Source: Dehalococcoidia bacterium (GTDB lineage Bacteria; Chloroflexota; Dehalococcoidia; Lucifugimonadales; UBA3495). From it: a DNA stretch of 64,000 nucleotides. Position 1 is the first letter of the stretch. The number at the start of each line of letters is the position of its first letter. The notes under the pieces are model-generated. The model was not told where the DNA came from. It made no database searches and was given only the letters and a program-made list of their open reading frames with translations. The stretch lies in contig CBDCQE010000001.1 in NCBI GenBank assembly GCA_965220505.1, forward strand, positions 475,082-539,081, written 5' to 3'. Below, piece after piece: positions 62,849 to 64,000 of this stretch. Position numbers and translations under genes: made by a program.

Positions 62849-63233
62849 TGGTGCGGTGGAGTCTGTTGGTGCTATAGGCTCTCATCCGGTTTGGAAGCCG
62901 CGCATTGTGATCCCGATTTCCAATGGTACGGGTGGGGAACGCGACGTAAGATTTACCGTGGATACCGGATTTACCGGTTGGCTGACCCTCCCATATGATG
63001 CGATCCTTGATCTTGGCCTGCTTTGGCAAGGAACGAGAGCATACACCTTGGCTGACGGTAGCGATGCTGAAACGGATCTTTATCTGGCCTTTTTTGCATC
63101 GACTCCCATCGTAGTCCATCAGATAGATGATGAATCCCTGCTCGGTGCAGCCATGATGAACGAGTGCCGCCTTACCGTGGATTTCTGGGAAGGCGGCCAA
63201 GTGACTATTGAGCCGCGGGCCGAACTGTTATAA
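62841..63233 (+). CDS. retropepsin-like (clan AA) aspartic protease
   Basis: 130 aa. FTVDTGFTGWLTLPYDAILDLGL...TLADGS...LLGAAMMNECRLTVDF, i.e. a D-T-G active-site loop and the single-domain retropepsin layout. Confidence 0.7.
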   Translation: MISGAVESVGAIGSHPVWKPRIVIPISNGTGGERDVRFTVDTGFTGWLTLPYDAILDLGLLWQGTRAYTLADGSDAETDLYLAFFASTPIVVHQIDDESLLGAAMMNECRLTVDFWEGGQVTIEPRAELL

Positions 63234-63241
63234 GTCGGCCG

Positions 63242-64000
63242 CTACAGGCCCAGGGCGTCGGCCAGGCGGCGTCGGTGGAATTTCGGGTCGCCGAGGAATT
63301 GGTAGAGGGTCCGCGAGGCCGTGGTGTGCAGGATTAGACCGTACTCGGTGGTACTGCCCACGCCGGCGTGAACCTCGTGGGCGTGGTTGCAAGCGTTGTA
63401 ATAGGCGGCGCTGCTCACGGCCTTGGCGAGGTGGATGCTATCGGCGGCTTCCCTTTCGGTATCCAGCTTCCATAGCGCTTCGTAGGTGGTCCAGCGGGCG
63501 GCGTCCAGTTCGTTGACCAGGTTGATGATGTGGTCCTGGACACGCTGGAAGCGGCCGATAGGGGTGCCGAACTGGATGCGCGTTCGGCTGTAGTCCACCG
63601 ACATCTCGTAAACCTGCTGGGAACCTCCCACCTGGAAGGCGCAGAGCAGGGGGATGGCGCTGGCCACGGCGCGCTCGAGGGCATCCCAACCGCCGCCGAA
63701 GGTGGCGCCCAGGATAGCGGAAGGCGCGATCTGCACACCGTCCAGGCGGACTTCCGCGAGGTTCCAGGCGAAGCCGTCCAGGCGTCGGATCGACACACCT
63801 GGCGCGTCGGCGGGGATCATCACCAACCCAACGTGCTGGCGGTTTTCGGTGCGCACGGCGCAGATGAGATCAGTGGCCGATGCGGCATCATACACGTACA
63901 CCTTGGTGCCGGAGATGCGATACCCGTCGCCGCTGGCCGTGGCCAGGGTCTGAACGTCCGACTCGTCCCACTGATAATCGGCCTCGGTGATTGCCAGGGC
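63242..64000 (-). CDS. acyl-CoA dehydrogenase (3' part; continues past window end)
   Basis: The frame is open to the window edge (..ALAITEADYQWDESDVQTLATASGDGYRISGTKVYVYDAAS..). The C-terminal domain has FGTPIGRFQRVQDHIINLV and HAGVGSTTEYGLILH motifs. Confidence 0.88.
   Translation of the reverse strand, partial: ALAITEADYQWDESDVQTLATASGDGYRISGTKVYVYDAASATDLICAVRTENRQHVGLVMIPADAPGVSIRRLDGFAWNLAEVRLDGVQIAPSAILGATFGGGWDALERAVASAIPLLCAFQVGGSQQVYEMSVDYSRTRIQFGTPIGRFQRVQDHIINLVNELDAARWTTYEALWKLDTEREAADSIHLAKAVSSAAYYNACNHAHEVHAGVGSTTEYGLILHTTASRTLYQFLGDPKFHRRRLADALGL

Overview
GC-rich bacterial chromosomal segment with dense coding on both strands. I recognised no rRNA, tRNA, CRISPR array or transposase. 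Gene content (many CoA-transferases, crotonases and SDRs) tentatively suggests a Chloroflexota-like aerobic heterotroph; this is inference only.

Layout:
- 1-7.6 kb (minus strand): housekeeping run of xseB, xseA, efp, aroQ, a Xer-type recombinase, topA and dprA.
- 8-16.4 kb: GMC oxidoreductase, then a minus-strand operon (zinc-ribbon protein, SirB1-like, DM13, GH15, SMP-30), an SDR, and a membrane protein with a short Moco-domain protein.
- 16.5-21.3 kb: OmpR/histidine-kinase pair, then fmdB-groES-groEL.
- 21.5-26.3 kb: MFS transporter, RidA, hicAB, and a TPP-riboswitch-controlled thiG-thiE-thiS operon.
- 26.4-45 kb: acyl-CoA catabolic region. It holds a duplicated class I CoA-transferase with a B-A fusion, two crotonases, a PHP protein, an acyl-CoA synthetase, a KPR-like reductase, a peptide-type ABC importer without ATPases, a ThDP enzyme, Uma2 and two family III CoA-transferases.
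- 45.8-53.8 kb: leuCD, a CPA2 antiporter, an M1 aminopeptidase and an ADP-ribosylglycohydrolase.
- 53.9-58.3 kb: split metH.
- 58.4-64 kb: an SDR, Ppx/GppA plus two thymidylate-kinase-like genes, a small protein with a retropepsin-like protease, and a partial acyl-CoA dehydrogenase.

Observations most worth a second look:
1. A frameshifted DUF4258-like / DUF2283-like cassette sits between the two halves of split metH.
2. A translationally coupled Ppx/GppA - Tmk-like - Tmk-like module, where the second kinase has a Walker-A Lys->Arg.
3. An A / B-A fusion / B CoA-transferase array whose first B module lacks the catalytic Glu.
4. A 111-nt inverted-repeat element built of ~9-nt periodic GATT units.
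5. A 27-nt REP-like hairpin family with six copies. Two lie in the groES-groEL spacer and two bracket a small gene.

Start codons are inferred from the ORF track plus RBS and family expectations, and several are uncertain. All family assignments come from motif recognition by eye, not searches.
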